Assembly: GCA_008080745.1 (NCBI GenBank)
Contig: SHMX01000001.1
Location: 1 to 32,000, forward strand
Origin: Candidatus Thorarchaeota archaeon
GTDB lineage: Archaea; Asgardarchaeota; Thorarchaeia; Thorarchaeales; Thorarchaeaceae
Direction: 5' to 3'
DNA: 32,000 nt
Of this stretch, positions 1 through 10,320 are shown piece after piece. Made by a program: the position numbers and the translations under genes. A model generated the notes under the pieces. It was not told where the DNA came from. It was given only the letters and a program-made list of their open reading frames with translations, and did no database searches. Numbering within the stretch: position 1 is the stretch's first letter; each line of letters starts with the position of its first letter.

Positions 1-133
1 AAAACATACATCCATTACAGACTTCCACCTATTCAATGTCTAACTTTGTCCAGATATTTCGTATCAGTTTGCAACCCTGAAATATGTAACAGATACTTGG
101 ACAATTTCGACATATCCGGACATAGCCGTTAGT

Positions 134-3100
134 GTGACAGCAGAAAGCCCTGGATTCTTTAGTGATACCTCAAGTACTGTATCAATTTCAATAAGAGAGC
201 ACAGCCTATTGCTTATTGTTCAGCAATCCGCAAATACTCCATGGGGAACGAACTCAGAGTTAACTATAACAATCCGAGATTTGGATGATGCAGACAATAA
301 GATAAACGAAGGGAACCTTACCTCTATCACAATTGGAAGTCAGATTTTCACATCTACTGAGTGGATCTTTGATGATTCAGGCCTTTATACTCAACTCACC
401 ATAACTTATGTTTCTAATAATCTAGCAGTAGGTACCCACTCTGGTATTTCTACAAGTCTCTCTGTTGGTTCAGCATATACCAATACTGCATCAACACTAG
501 ACCTTACGATATCCAGCCATAGACTTCAGATATCTGCGTTTACCTCAACTGATACGCCTTGGAGTTGGACTACAAATATCACCGTATCATTGACGGATTT
601 AGATAATCTAGGTAATACAGTTTCTGAAAATAATGTTACTGGAATTATCATTGATGGAATAATTTTCACTTCATCTAATTGGACATATTCATCGGGATCA
701 TTCATTATGACCTTGAACACAACAGATTGGACAATTGGTTCAGGTACTTATTCGGTTTCGGTCACAACTAATGATTCCGTTCAGAAATTCTATAGCGATG
801 GTTCAACAAATGTAGTGATTGAGATTGCAAGTCATGATCTTCTAGTTGATGTGACAAGACCCCAAGCTACTCCTTGGTCGGATAATACAACAATTGCAAT
901 ACAATTAGGAGATGCAAATAACGCATCTCTTGTCATCTCATCGGATAATATCACACAGATAGTTATCGATGGACAGATATTTACTAGCTGGACTTACTCG
1001 AATGGTCAGTTTACTGTAGAAGTGGATACTGATGATTGGTCTATTGGATCATATTCGATTACAATTGAAATCTACACAAGTGGCTCTGGTGTGACCAAGT
1101 TCTATCTGGATAACACTGGGGGAACCACAATCCAGATTCGTGAAAGGTACTCAGAAGCATACATTCCCGCTCCAGACTCCGTTCCTAAAGGAGATAATCT
1201 TACATTCTATGTCGAATTCACTGACCGTGATGCGTCGACCCTTGTTGATCTTGATACCATTCAGCTGAATGGAACTGATTTGACTCAGGGTATAGATTTC
1301 TGGGTATATCAGGAGGGTACGGGTTATTATCGAGTTCTGCTGAAAACCACATCAGTACCAATTGGAAACCGTGAGGTTACAGTGACCTGTAGTCTAGCGA
1401 ATTATGAAGATGCCTCAGTGGTTCTAAGATACAGGGTCAGACTAACCGATACTGATGCAGTCGCTTCAGGATACCGATTTGATGTTCCAGTTGGAACCAA
1501 TGTTTCATTTACAATAACGTATACCGATGTTGACCACAACATTGGATTATCAGGAGCAGGTGTAGCGGTCAATGGAAGTTTTGCTTGGAGTTATACTGAG
1601 TCAAATGGAGTGTATTCAATCGATCTGGAAACACTAGACTCTACGATTCTTGGAGAGTATAAACTGAGATTCAATTTTACGCTATCAGGATACGAAGATG
1701 CCTATGTAATAATCGTACTTACCGTGAAAACTCATAGTACATATCTATCATATGACGAGCCCCCAGTTGATACTGGCATGGGTGACAACATTACTATTGG
1801 TTTCTTCTATGAAGATGTAAGTTTGAATATTGGAATATCAAATGACACAGGAGCAATTTCCGTTACAGTCACGAATTCCTCAGGAACCGTTATCTTTTAT
1901 GTTGAAGATAATACCGCACTCGGCACAGGTCATTATTATGTTCTGATTCCTGCAGACCAGTTTGGAGGTGTAGGAACATATTCCTTCACCACCTTCTTCA
2001 ATTGGACTGATGGTGAAAAATACTCGAATCTAACCAAATCATTCTCGGTTGACATTACAGGCACAGCGACAGACCTATCCATAGAAGTTGCACCACAATC
2101 TGTATACTATGGAGATATGATTAATTTCACTTTATTCTACAGTACAGAACTTGGTACAGGTATAGAAAATAACACTGGCAATGTTTTAGCATATGCAATA
2201 GTGACAACAGGTGGACAGAGCATATCTCAGTCAGACTTTGTTATAACCAACCTCACAGGAGGATACTATCAATTTGTTCTTGATTCTGACTTGTTTACGG
2301 CTGCTGGACAATATAATGTTAGAACATATTTGAACTGGACTCCTACAGCATCACCCTACAATGAGAATCAAACCCTTTCACTTACAATAACCATTCTTGT
2401 GAGGACCACATTGATTGATTTGGTACCTCCACAAAACACAGCTTTTGATGAGAATGCAACATTTACCTTCTACTATAGAGATACATCTAATGATAGCATC
2501 GTAATAGAGAATTCAAGTCAACTTAGTGTTACTCTCACAAATGCCGGAATAATATACTGGCTAGAGTATGATTCTGGGACTGCTGAATGGACAGTTACAG
2601 TTGATACCTCATCAGTAGGAGATTTGGGAACAGTCTATCTACAATTAGAAGTTACATGGGCTGGTGCACCATTCTTCCAGAATCAAACAAAATCCGTCAA
2701 ACTGGAAGTTACAGCACGTCCAACCCAATTGACATACTCACCACCCACTCCAACATATTTCAACAGCAACACAACAATTCAGTTCAGCTATTACGATCTG
2801 ATCGATGATTCAACCAGTAACATGAATGGAAGTACTTTGGTCATTACTAGTTCTGGTCTTGATCTAACTGGCAACTACACAGTAATTGACAATGGAGATG
2901 GAACATATACCATCTACCTCAATACAACCGCCTTTTTAGAGCCAAACACATTCCAGATAGTAGCAGAAATCACATATACTGGAACGAGGTATGAAGCAAA
3001 CGCAACAGTATCATTCTCATTGAAAGTTCTACCTAGAGCGATACTTGCTACTGCGGATCCTGTGGGTAATACTGCATGGGAGGCAGATGTTACTATTACA

Positions 3101-6100
3101 CTTCATCTTGTTGATGGAGAAACCGCTGATGAGATAGGAAACTACTCAGGAGGTGTCCGAATTAATCTTGCATCATACAACGCAAGTTCAACGGAAATCC
3201 AAGGCCTATCAATCAAATGGACAACTGGTACCGATACTTATGTCGTAGACATCACAAATACTTTGTCGATTGGCACTTATGTCATATATCTCAATGTCAG
3301 CTATGACAATATAGCACCATACTACAACTATCGTGTTGTAGAGGTTACATTCTCTATACGAAAACACTCCACAGAATTACAATTATCGGATCCCGCAGCA
3401 AGTGTTGGATATGGGCTGAACTCAACATTCGAGCTTACTTATTTCGATCTAGATACTAGTGACCTCGTTTCTAATGCTGTTCTCAGCATAACTAATACAA
3501 GCTTGGCCGGTTACTGGGATATTGTGCCAGGGGGAGATGGTACCTATCAAATTAGGATCAATACCACAGTATTTGGTGGTTTTGGGACTTTTTGGGTAGA
3601 AGTAGAAACCCAAAACTCCGGATCTCTGGTTAACTATGCTGATACAACCATCATGGTAAGAGTATATGTTCGAGAGAGATACACCTCACTAACTTATGAC
3701 CCAGTAGCTACAGTAGGGTATACAGATAATGTGACTATCACACTCTACTATACCGCAACAGATAGTGATACGGGTATAACTAATTCCTCCAACAGTCTGT
3801 TTATTTGGGTGAATCAAACAACATACTATCTCACTGATGGTGTGGAAGATGGTTCATATGTAATTGAGATTCCCGCCAATCTCTTCATAGCATTCCAAGC
3901 TACCTATGTTAGGATAAATACAACATACTATGGCGAACCATACTACCAGAATCAGAGTATTGTAATTCAGTTCTCAGTTAGAGGCACATCAACAGAATTC
4001 TCTTGGAATCCAAGTGATCCAGTACCATATGCAGATATTGCAAACATTACTGTGTATTACGGAGATAGCGACTCTAACATTCCTGTCGGAGGGGCTTTGG
4101 GTGTAGATATTGATGTTAGCGTAATATGTGAAACTCAACCAAGTCTGGATACCTCTAATACAGATATATTGCAAGTATTCCAAGGAGATAACACTTCTAG
4201 ATATGCAACCTTCTTTATCATCATAAATACATCTTATCTTGATAGTACCCAAACCTATAGCTTTAGAGTGACTATTGATTGGATTAATCCAGCTCAAGAA
4301 CCATATTATCAAGATCAGAATGACAAGCTAATTTCACTGACTGTTAGGAGTCGGGATACAGCAGTTCCACAGATTCGAGCTGATGCAATTCCATACGGTG
4401 AAACTGCAACAGTACTACTCGAATATGTAGATTTAGATGCCGAAGGATCTCTAGTTCCAAATGCAAGTCTTGTAATTTCTGTACTGGATGGTGTTAGTTA
4501 TTCAGTAGATTATACTCCAACAGGAGATGGATTCTACACTATCTATATTGAAACGGCAGGAACAGGCCTTGTTGGAACAACACAGTTCAATCTAACAGTT
4601 ACTTGGAATGGAGTACCATTTTATGAAAACCAGACTAATGTGGTTGTTTTCATTACTGTAAACTTCAGAACACCAATAATGGAGATCGACTACCCACAAA
4701 GCACTCCATACCTGGATAATGTAACATTCTCAATCTATCTTCAAGATAGTCATTCTCTAAACTATATCAATAATAATGAATCATTTTTCACCGCCACTTT
4801 CGTTAGCCCAAGCATAGCTAGTCAACCAGTGATAACATTCATTGGTTCAGGAGAATATACAATCACCTTCGATACCGAAGAGATTGGTCTAGTAGGATCT
4901 TGGATTATGGAGATCACCTTTGATCATTCCGGGAATGATCCGTATTATTCGCTTATTTCTAGGAATATCTCGGGTACGATTAGGGAGAGAGCAACAAATC
5001 TCGATTATGACCCAGCTTCAGCTACTCCTTACGGAGAGTACATTATCTTCAACATGACATTTACTGATGTTGATTCAAATTCACCAATCAGTACAGGTCA
5101 AGTATATCTTGAAGGGATAGGAACTTCTGAAGTGCTTGAGAACGGGGTCAACTATGACTATCAGTATCTAAGTAATGGAATTTACTTGGTCAATGTTAGT
5201 AGTATTGCTCTGGGTGTGCCAGATTCATACTCAGTAATCGTCACCATGAATTCCACTGCAGATTGGTATCTTGCGGAGAGAATTAGAACACTTACTCTAA
5301 AAGTATCCTATCGTCCTGTGGAGTTATCAACTTCTGCACCAGATACAACATACTATGGAGATGTAACATTCTTCACAATGACACTAATTGACATTGGTGA
5401 TGAATCAGGCTTGGATGGAATGCAATCGTATTTCACTATCACCTTCACAACTCCAAGTGGCCTTTCAAATAGTAGTATTAGCATCGTAGATATTGGAAAT
5501 GGAGAATACAATGTAAGCTTTGATACCGATATATTGAACGAACTAGTAAATTACAAGGTAAGCATAGTATTCAATGCGCCATATACACCATCATATTGGG
5601 CATCCACTTCGCCTAAATTAGTGACTGGCCGTGTATCTACAAGACCGACCCAGCTATCATACGATGTTACAAGTACAACACCCTACCTGAACAACGTTAC
5701 AATATCACTCGAATTCATTGATGCTAACACAGCGGTGGGAATAGCAGGGACAACAATGATTGCGACCTGTTCAGGAGCTGCAACACCTCTTGTTGCAAAT
5801 ACAAACTACTGGATTTCAGAGGGTAGTACTGGTGAATATATGCTACTAATTGATAGTACTGCACTAGGAAACATTGGAGACTTTAGTATCACCGTTTCAT
5901 CCGAGTACTATGGTGTACCATTCTACCAGAACAGAACTGTGTCTATCACAGTGCAAGTACGCGAGAGGGCCACCCGACTAACCTATACACCACCAGCAGA
6001 GGTTCCATATGGAAACAACCTTACTATCACTTTGAAGTACTATGACGTTGATGCAGGATTATTAGCAATCGAAGATGCTGCATCTCAAATAGCATTGGAA

Positions 6101-9100
6101 ACAATCAATGGAACTCTGGTAGACAGCTCGTATTATATTGTTGAGTGGATATCTAGCAGTACTTACTACATGTACATTAATACCTCAAAACTAGCAATCT
6201 ATGGTCACTATGAACTTGTAATAACTTCAACAGGAGATATTGCAAGTCATTATGATGACCAAACAATATCTCTAGAAGCCGATGTACGTGCTAGAAATAC
6301 CCAATTAACTGCTGCACCAATTGGTCAAGTCAGTTATACAGAAAATGCAACTGTCACACTGTATTATACTGATAAAGATGCAAATAGCGGCGTTAGCAAT
6401 ATAACATACGGAATTGATGTTACTCTTAATGCCTCCATCATGTGGTGGATTGAAGAAGTTACACCAGGAACATTCAAACTAAGAATCAATGCAACTGATT
6501 TGGGTGCTACAGGTACCTTCGACTATGAGGTCACTTTCACGTGGATTAATGGAGTCCCATTCTATGAGAATCGTACTCTGGTATTCACGATTACAGTAAC
6601 CGATTCTGAAGCCATGCTAAGTTATATCCCATCACCTCACGTACCAATTGGTGATAATATCACCATTATTTTGGATTATAGCGATAGTGCGACTGGTGAT
6701 TTGATTTCCAACAACACCTATGGTGTTATTGAAATCACAATAACTTCATTAAATACAACACCGCAAGGTCCATTCCAGTATTGGATCGAGGAAACTGCAA
6801 GTGGTTATGTTGTAACCATTAACAGTACTCCATTCTGGACTACTGGTAATTTGGTGTTTGTCGTAGATATTGATTGGACGGGAGGTTTGCCATACTATCC
6901 AGATATTCTAGGTACCGAAATCAGTTCTGTTGTTAGAGGAATATACACTCAAGGCTTTGCAGATGCACCAGATCCAGGTACCGTTCCTATTGGAGACTCC
7001 ACTCTTGTAAATGTGACATATTATGATCTCGATCATGATGATGTTATTACAGGTGCAAGTATTTCCAGTGATTGGCCATACGGATGGACATATGAGATGT
7101 TACCAAATGGTAAATTCAATGTGACTTTGCACACCGCGGGTGTATCAGTTACTGGAAAACTAACAGTCACATTTACGTTCAATAGAACATTCTATCAGAC
7201 AAAGAGTATTGCAGTATATATAACAATCAGACTAATCAGCACTTCATCAGTTGCTAGTGTTCCAGAGCCATCAATTGTGCCAGCGGGTGATAATGTCACA
7301 TTAGAAGTGACCTTTACTGATAACGACCATCAGGTCAATATAACAACTGGAAGTATCACTACTAATTGGGCATACGGATGGACGTGGGAACGCGTTCCAA
7401 ATGGTGGATTTATTGTAACATTAATGACTGAGAATATCACTAATCTAATCAAATACACGGTGACATTCACTCTGACCAATGACAGTTGTCTCTCTGCAGA
7501 ATCGAGTACAAAATTCCAAGTGCGAAGGATTCAGACATCTATAAACGCAGATGTCCCACCCACCTTAGTGGCTGGACAGAATGTGACAGTCACCATCACA
7601 GTGACTGACCTTGATCATACTACTGGAGTTGAAGATGCTACCATTCTAACTACTGCTCCAGATGGTACGTATCAGATTGTGGAGATTGGTGGTGGAGATT
7701 ATGAAATCGAATTCTACCTTTGGGATGAGGGTTATGGAACATTTACTTATGATGTAAGTGTAACGAAGTCAAACTTCGAATTCGCATCAACTACAATCGA
7801 TATGGATCTTCGCCAAGTAAGAACTGATATCTCCACACCCACAACCACACTTGTCCTCAATTGGAGTACATCTTTTGAACTCTCAATAAATTATGAGAAT
7901 CTTGATGTTGGTGGATTAGTTGAAGAGGCAAATGTGACGGCTGAATTAGCAGGTGTAACTTACACTCTGACATCCAATACAACATATTACAACATTATAA
8001 TCGATACTTCAGCTGTAAGAGTAGGAACCTATATCATAACCGTCAATGCTAATAAGACAAACTATGAGAGTCGAATTCTCCAAGTCACACTAGTTCTTTC
8101 TGTTCTTGAAACTGATTTCATTAGTACTGATGGATTTTATTCCTACTCGATTGTTAGTGGTGAACTAGTGAACCTTACCGTTTACTACAGCACAATTGCA
8201 TTTGGAACAGGAATTGATACTGCTACTATCACATACAACTGGGATTATGGCAGTGGTGTTCTCACAACAACTGGCGCCCCAGGATACTACAGTACTATTG
8301 TTAATAGTACGGGTGCTGAGATCAATACATACACACTCTACGTGCGGGCCAATAAAACGAACCATGCTGAAGCAAGTATTTACTTCAGTATCGAAGTTGG
8401 GCTTGTAGAAACAGATTTAGCACCTCTAACCTCAGTCACAGTATCTGTGGTTTATGGTGAAACGGCAGATATTGTTGCGAACTTTACTAACCTCAATCTG
8501 GAAGAGCCAGTAATCGGAGCTACCCTTACCTTCAAGTTTGCTGATGCCGATTATAATGGAAGCCTAGTTGAAACTTCAGATGGAATTTACAGCACAACCG
8601 TAGATTCATCCAATCTCTATGCTGGTTCATTCACAATCTATGTCATTGGAATTAAGCCAGGCTATGAGACCGGACTTCTAATCATGTATCTTGAAGTTTC
8701 AAAGATTGATACTACTGTATCCCCACTGAATGCGTCGCTGACGGTATTCTACCAGCAATCTGCAACATTTTACGTCAACTATACTGATATGCACAATAAT
8801 TTGCAGGTAGAGAATGCAACTGTTGAATTCAGGTGGTTTGGTGGTACAGGTACATTAGAAGAGATTGGCAATGGAATCTACCGAGCTACTTTCGATAGTT
8901 TTGAAGTTGGACCGGGAGTATTTAACATCCATATTAGTGCCATCAAAGATAACTACTATGCACGAACAACTTCAGTGACCCTCGAGGTGAAAGAAATCTC
9001 AACTGAGATGGTGGTCGAAGATGTATATTACATCCCTGTTGGGGATACCGTCACAATTTCGGTAATGTTCAATGACACAACATACGGAAGACCCATTATT

Positions 9101-10237
9101 GATGGAATTGGTGTAGCAGTCTGGATATTTGGAAATCCAGCTCTCAATGTCACTGGAAATGGCAATTACACCTTTACTGTCGCTGGAAACATTGCAATAG
9201 ATTCCTATGATGTAACATTCATACTTAGTAAAGTCAATCACACTACTGCTACTGCGAGGGTTACAGTGGTTGTTCGTGAGATTCAGACCTCCTTAGAAAC
9301 CCTCACAGGTACAGATTTTGTGCGAGGAACAGTGGGAGAAAGAATTGAATTCACTGTGGTCTATATGGATACAGATCACAACCTGCCAATTACTGGTGCA
9401 ACCTTGACCATCATAGAGAGCGAAGATGTCATAGGTGAAGACCAATATTCTGTTGTTGAAGGCGCTGAACCTGGTCAATACATTATCGCGTTCACAATTC
9501 AGACCGAGGGCGAATTTGATATCGTTCTAAAAGCAGAACTTGGTGATAACTATGATGATCAAGAAATGCAGTTGACAGTCATTGTGCAACAAGTTGCTGG
9601 TGATCCATTAGTAACCTCAATGACTTATGGTTTCGGAATTGGAATGTTCATCCTCTTAATAGGAGCGGTATACTACTTCAGAGTCTATAGCGTGCCCAAA
9701 ATGGTCCGTTGGCTCAACAAGATGATAAAGTCAGTGGGCAAGGGCAAGATACCCGAAGCCGCTCCTGTGCGAGGACGAGATGAAGTGCTCCAAGAGATAG
9801 TGAATACTGAACTTGCAGTAATGGGTGTTTCCAAACCGATTGATGAGATTCCCGCTCACACTATTGATCTCAAAATACCCGAGTTGGATGCGCTCCTTGA
9901 AGAATTAGCCGAAATCACAGGACTCTCTGATGAGGATGTTGAGGTATTCCGGCAAGATCTCTTCACTATGAAACCAAGTGAAAGACCAGGATTTGTTATG
10001 GAGGTTATCAAGCAAGAGAGAGCACGTCGAGCAAAGGATCTAGAAGAGAAGGAGAAAGGAGTTCCAGAAGAGGATCAAGTGGAAGCTACTCCCGAAGACC
10101 TAGAGGACATGCGTACTCGGCTTAAGTCACTTGGACTTGCTGATGATGACATCGATGTTATGGTAGAACAGGCCAAAGGTCTATCTAAAGCAGAGATGGA
10201 AGCCATCATCAGTGAAATTGAGAAGCAGCTAGGATAA
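134..10237 (+). CDS. Giant single-pass cell-surface protein with about 30 Ig-like/beta-sandwich repeats, a C-terminal TM helix and a ~180-aa cytoplasmic tail (5' end probably incomplete)
   Basis: 3367-aa ORF rich in Thr/Ser/Tyr/Val. A motif of type (Y/F)xDxD...I.(G/N)A recurs about every 100-115 aa (e.g. YTDVDHNIGLSGA, YYDLDHDDVITGA, YMDTDHNLPITGA). Contains DNGDGTY-type turns and very many N-x-S/T sequons. A hydrophobic segment YGFGIGMFILLIGAVYYF (~9625-9680) is followed by a basic stretch and a charged helical tail. No signal peptide at the GTG start. Confidence 0.9.
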   Translation: MTAESPGFFSDTSSTVSISIREHSLLLIVQQSANTPWGTNSELTITIRDLDDADNKINEGNLTSITIGSQIFTSTEWIFDDSGLYTQLTITYVSNNLAVGTHSGISTSLSVGSAYTNTASTLDLTISSHRLQISAFTSTDTPWSWTTNITVSLTDLDNLGNTVSENNVTGIIIDGIIFTSSNWTYSSGSFIMTLNTTDWTIGSGTYSVSVTTNDSVQKFYSDGSTNVVIEIASHDLLVDVTRPQATPWSDNTTIAIQLGDANNASLVISSDNITQIVIDGQIFTSWTYSNGQFTVEVDTDDWSIGSYSITIEIYTSGSGVTKFYLDNTGGTTIQIRERYSEAYIPAPDSVPKGDNLTFYVEFTDRDASTLVDLDTIQLNGTDLTQGIDFWVYQEGTGYYRVLLKTTSVPIGNREVTVTCSLANYEDASVVLRYRVRLTDTDAVASGYRFDVPVGTNVSFTITYTDVDHNIGLSGAGVAVNGSFAWSYTESNGVYSIDLETLDSTILGEYKLRFNFTLSGYEDAYVIIVLTVKTHSTYLSYDEPPVDTGMGDNITIGFFYEDVSLNIGISNDTGAISVTVTNSSGTVIFYVEDNTALGTGHYYVLIPADQFGGVGTYSFTTFFNWTDGEKYSNLTKSFSVDITGTATDLSIEVAPQSVYYGDMINFTLFYSTELGTGIENNTGNVLAYAIVTTGGQSISQSDFVITNLTGGYYQFVLDSDLFTAAGQYNVRTYLNWTPTASPYNENQTLSLTITILVRTTLIDLVPPQNTAFDENATFTFYYRDTSNDSIVIENSSQLSVTLTNAGIIYWLEYDSGTAEWTVTVDTSSVGDLGTVYLQLEVTWAGAPFFQNQTKSVKLEVTARPTQLTYSPPTPTYFNSNTTIQFSYYDLIDDSTSNMNGSTLVITSSGLDLTGNYTVIDNGDGTYTIYLNTTAFLEPNTFQIVAEITYTGTRYEANATVSFSLKVLPRAILATADPVGNTAWEADVTITLHLVDGETADEIGNYSGGVRINLASYNASSTEIQGLSIKWTTGTDTYVVDITNTLSIGTYVIYLNVSYDNIAPYYNYRVVEVTFSIRKHSTELQLSDPAASVGYGLNSTFELTYFDLDTSDLVSNAVLSITNTSLAGYWDIVPGGDGTYQIRINTTVFGGFGTFWVEVETQNSGSLVNYADTTIMVRVYVRERYTSLTYDPVATVGYTDNVTITLYYTATDSDTGITNSSNSLFIWVNQTTYYLTDGVEDGSYVIEIPANLFIAFQATYVRINTTYYGEPYYQNQSIVIQFSVRGTSTEFSWNPSDPVPYADIANITVYYGDSDSNIPVGGALGVDIDVSVICETQPSLDTSNTDILQVFQGDNTSRYATFFIIINTSYLDSTQTYSFRVTIDWINPAQEPYYQDQNDKLISLTVRSRDTAVPQIRADAIPYGETATVLLEYVDLDAEGSLVPNASLVISVLDGVSYSVDYTPTGDGFYTIYIETAGTGLVGTTQFNLTVTWNGVPFYENQTNVVVFITVNFRTPIMEIDYPQSTPYLDNVTFSIYLQDSHSLNYINNNESFFTATFVSPSIASQPVITFIGSGEYTITFDTEEIGLVGSWIMEITFDHSGNDPYYSLISRNISGTIRERATNLDYDPASATPYGEYIIFNMTFTDVDSNSPISTGQVYLEGIGTSEVLENGVNYDYQYLSNGIYLVNVSSIALGVPDSYSVIVTMNSTADWYLAERIRTLTLKVSYRPVELSTSAPDTTYYGDVTFFTMTLIDIGDESGLDGMQSYFTITFTTPSGLSNSSISIVDIGNGEYNVSFDTDILNELVNYKVSIVFNAPYTPSYWASTSPKLVTGRVSTRPTQLSYDVTSTTPYLNNVTISLEFIDANTAVGIAGTTMIATCSGAATPLVANTNYWISEGSTGEYMLLIDSTALGNIGDFSITVSSEYYGVPFYQNRTVSITVQVRERATRLTYTPPAEVPYGNNLTITLKYYDVDAGLLAIEDAASQIALETINGTLVDSSYYIVEWISSSTYYMYINTSKLAIYGHYELVITSTGDIASHYDDQTISLEADVRARNTQLTAAPIGQVSYTENATVTLYYTDKDANSGVSNITYGIDVTLNASIMWWIEEVTPGTFKLRINATDLGATGTFDYEVTFTWINGVPFYENRTLVFTITVTDSEAMLSYIPSPHVPIGDNITIILDYSDSATGDLISNNTYGVIEITITSLNTTPQGPFQYWIEETASGYVVTINSTPFWTTGNLVFVVDIDWTGGLPYYPDILGTEISSVVRGIYTQGFADAPDPGTVPIGDSTLVNVTYYDLDHDDVITGASISSDWPYGWTYEMLPNGKFNVTLHTAGVSVTGKLTVTFTFNRTFYQTKSIAVYITIRLISTSSVASVPEPSIVPAGDNVTLEVTFTDNDHQVNITTGSITTNWAYGWTWERVPNGGFIVTLMTENITNLIKYTVTFTLTNDSCLSAESSTKFQVRRIQTSINADVPPTLVAGQNVTVTITVTDLDHTTGVEDATILTTAPDGTYQIVEIGGGDYEIEFYLWDEGYGTFTYDVSVTKSNFEFASTTIDMDLRQVRTDISTPTTTLVLNWSTSFELSINYENLDVGGLVEEANVTAELAGVTYTLTSNTTYYNIIIDTSAVRVGTYIITVNANKTNYESRILQVTLVLSVLETDFISTDGFYSYSIVSGELVNLTVYYSTIAFGTGIDTATITYNWDYGSGVLTTTGAPGYYSTIVNSTGAEINTYTLYVRANKTNHAEASIYFSIEVGLVETDLAPLTSVTVSVVYGETADIVANFTNLNLEEPVIGATLTFKFADADYNGSLVETSDGIYSTTVDSSNLYAGSFTIYVIGIKPGYETGLLIMYLEVSKIDTTVSPLNASLTVFYQQSATFYVNYTDMHNNLQVENATVEFRWFGGTGTLEEIGNGIYRATFDSFEVGPGVFNIHISAIKDNYYARTTSVTLEVKEISTEMVVEDVYYIPVGDTVTISVMFNDTTYGRPIIDGIGVAVWIFGNPALNVTGNGNYTFTVAGNIAIDSYDVTFILSKVNHTTATARVTVVVREIQTSLETLTGTDFVRGTVGERIEFTVVYMDTDHNLPITGATLTIIESEDVIGEDQYSVVEGAEPGQYIIAFTIQTEGEFDIVLKAELGDNYDDQEMQLTVIVQQVAGDPLVTSMTYGFGIGMFILLIGAVYYFRVYSVPKMVRWLNKMIKSVGKGKIPEAAPVRGRDEVLQEIVNTELAVMGVSKPIDEIPAHTIDLKIPELDALLEELAEITGLSDEDVEVFRQDLFTMKPSERPGFVMEVIKQERARRAKDLEEKEKGVPEEDQVEATPEDLEDMRTRLKSLGLADDDIDVMVEQAKGLSKAEMEAIISEIEKQLG

Positions 10238-10247
10238 TACCAAACAA

Positions 10248-10267
10248 GCCCCTACTCTGGTAGGGGC
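10248..10267 (+). terminator. Stem-loop terminator candidate after the giant surface protein gene
   Basis: Perfect 8-bp inverted repeat gcccctac-tctg-gtaggggc, followed by a T-rich tract (attctatttcttt), 10 nt after the stop. Confidence 0.6.
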
Positions 10268-10320
10268 ATTCTATTTCTTTATTCCATAAGCTTATTCAAT
10301 AAAGGAAACGTATATTTGAT

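Noticed and set aside
526-9478. Short ORFs antisense to or out of frame with the giant gene (526-720, 3989-4312, 8165-8365, 8196-8408, 8999-9241, 9293-9478)
   Set aside because: Shadow ORFs inside a strongly supported repeat-coding gene, with no motifs or ribosome-binding sites noted.
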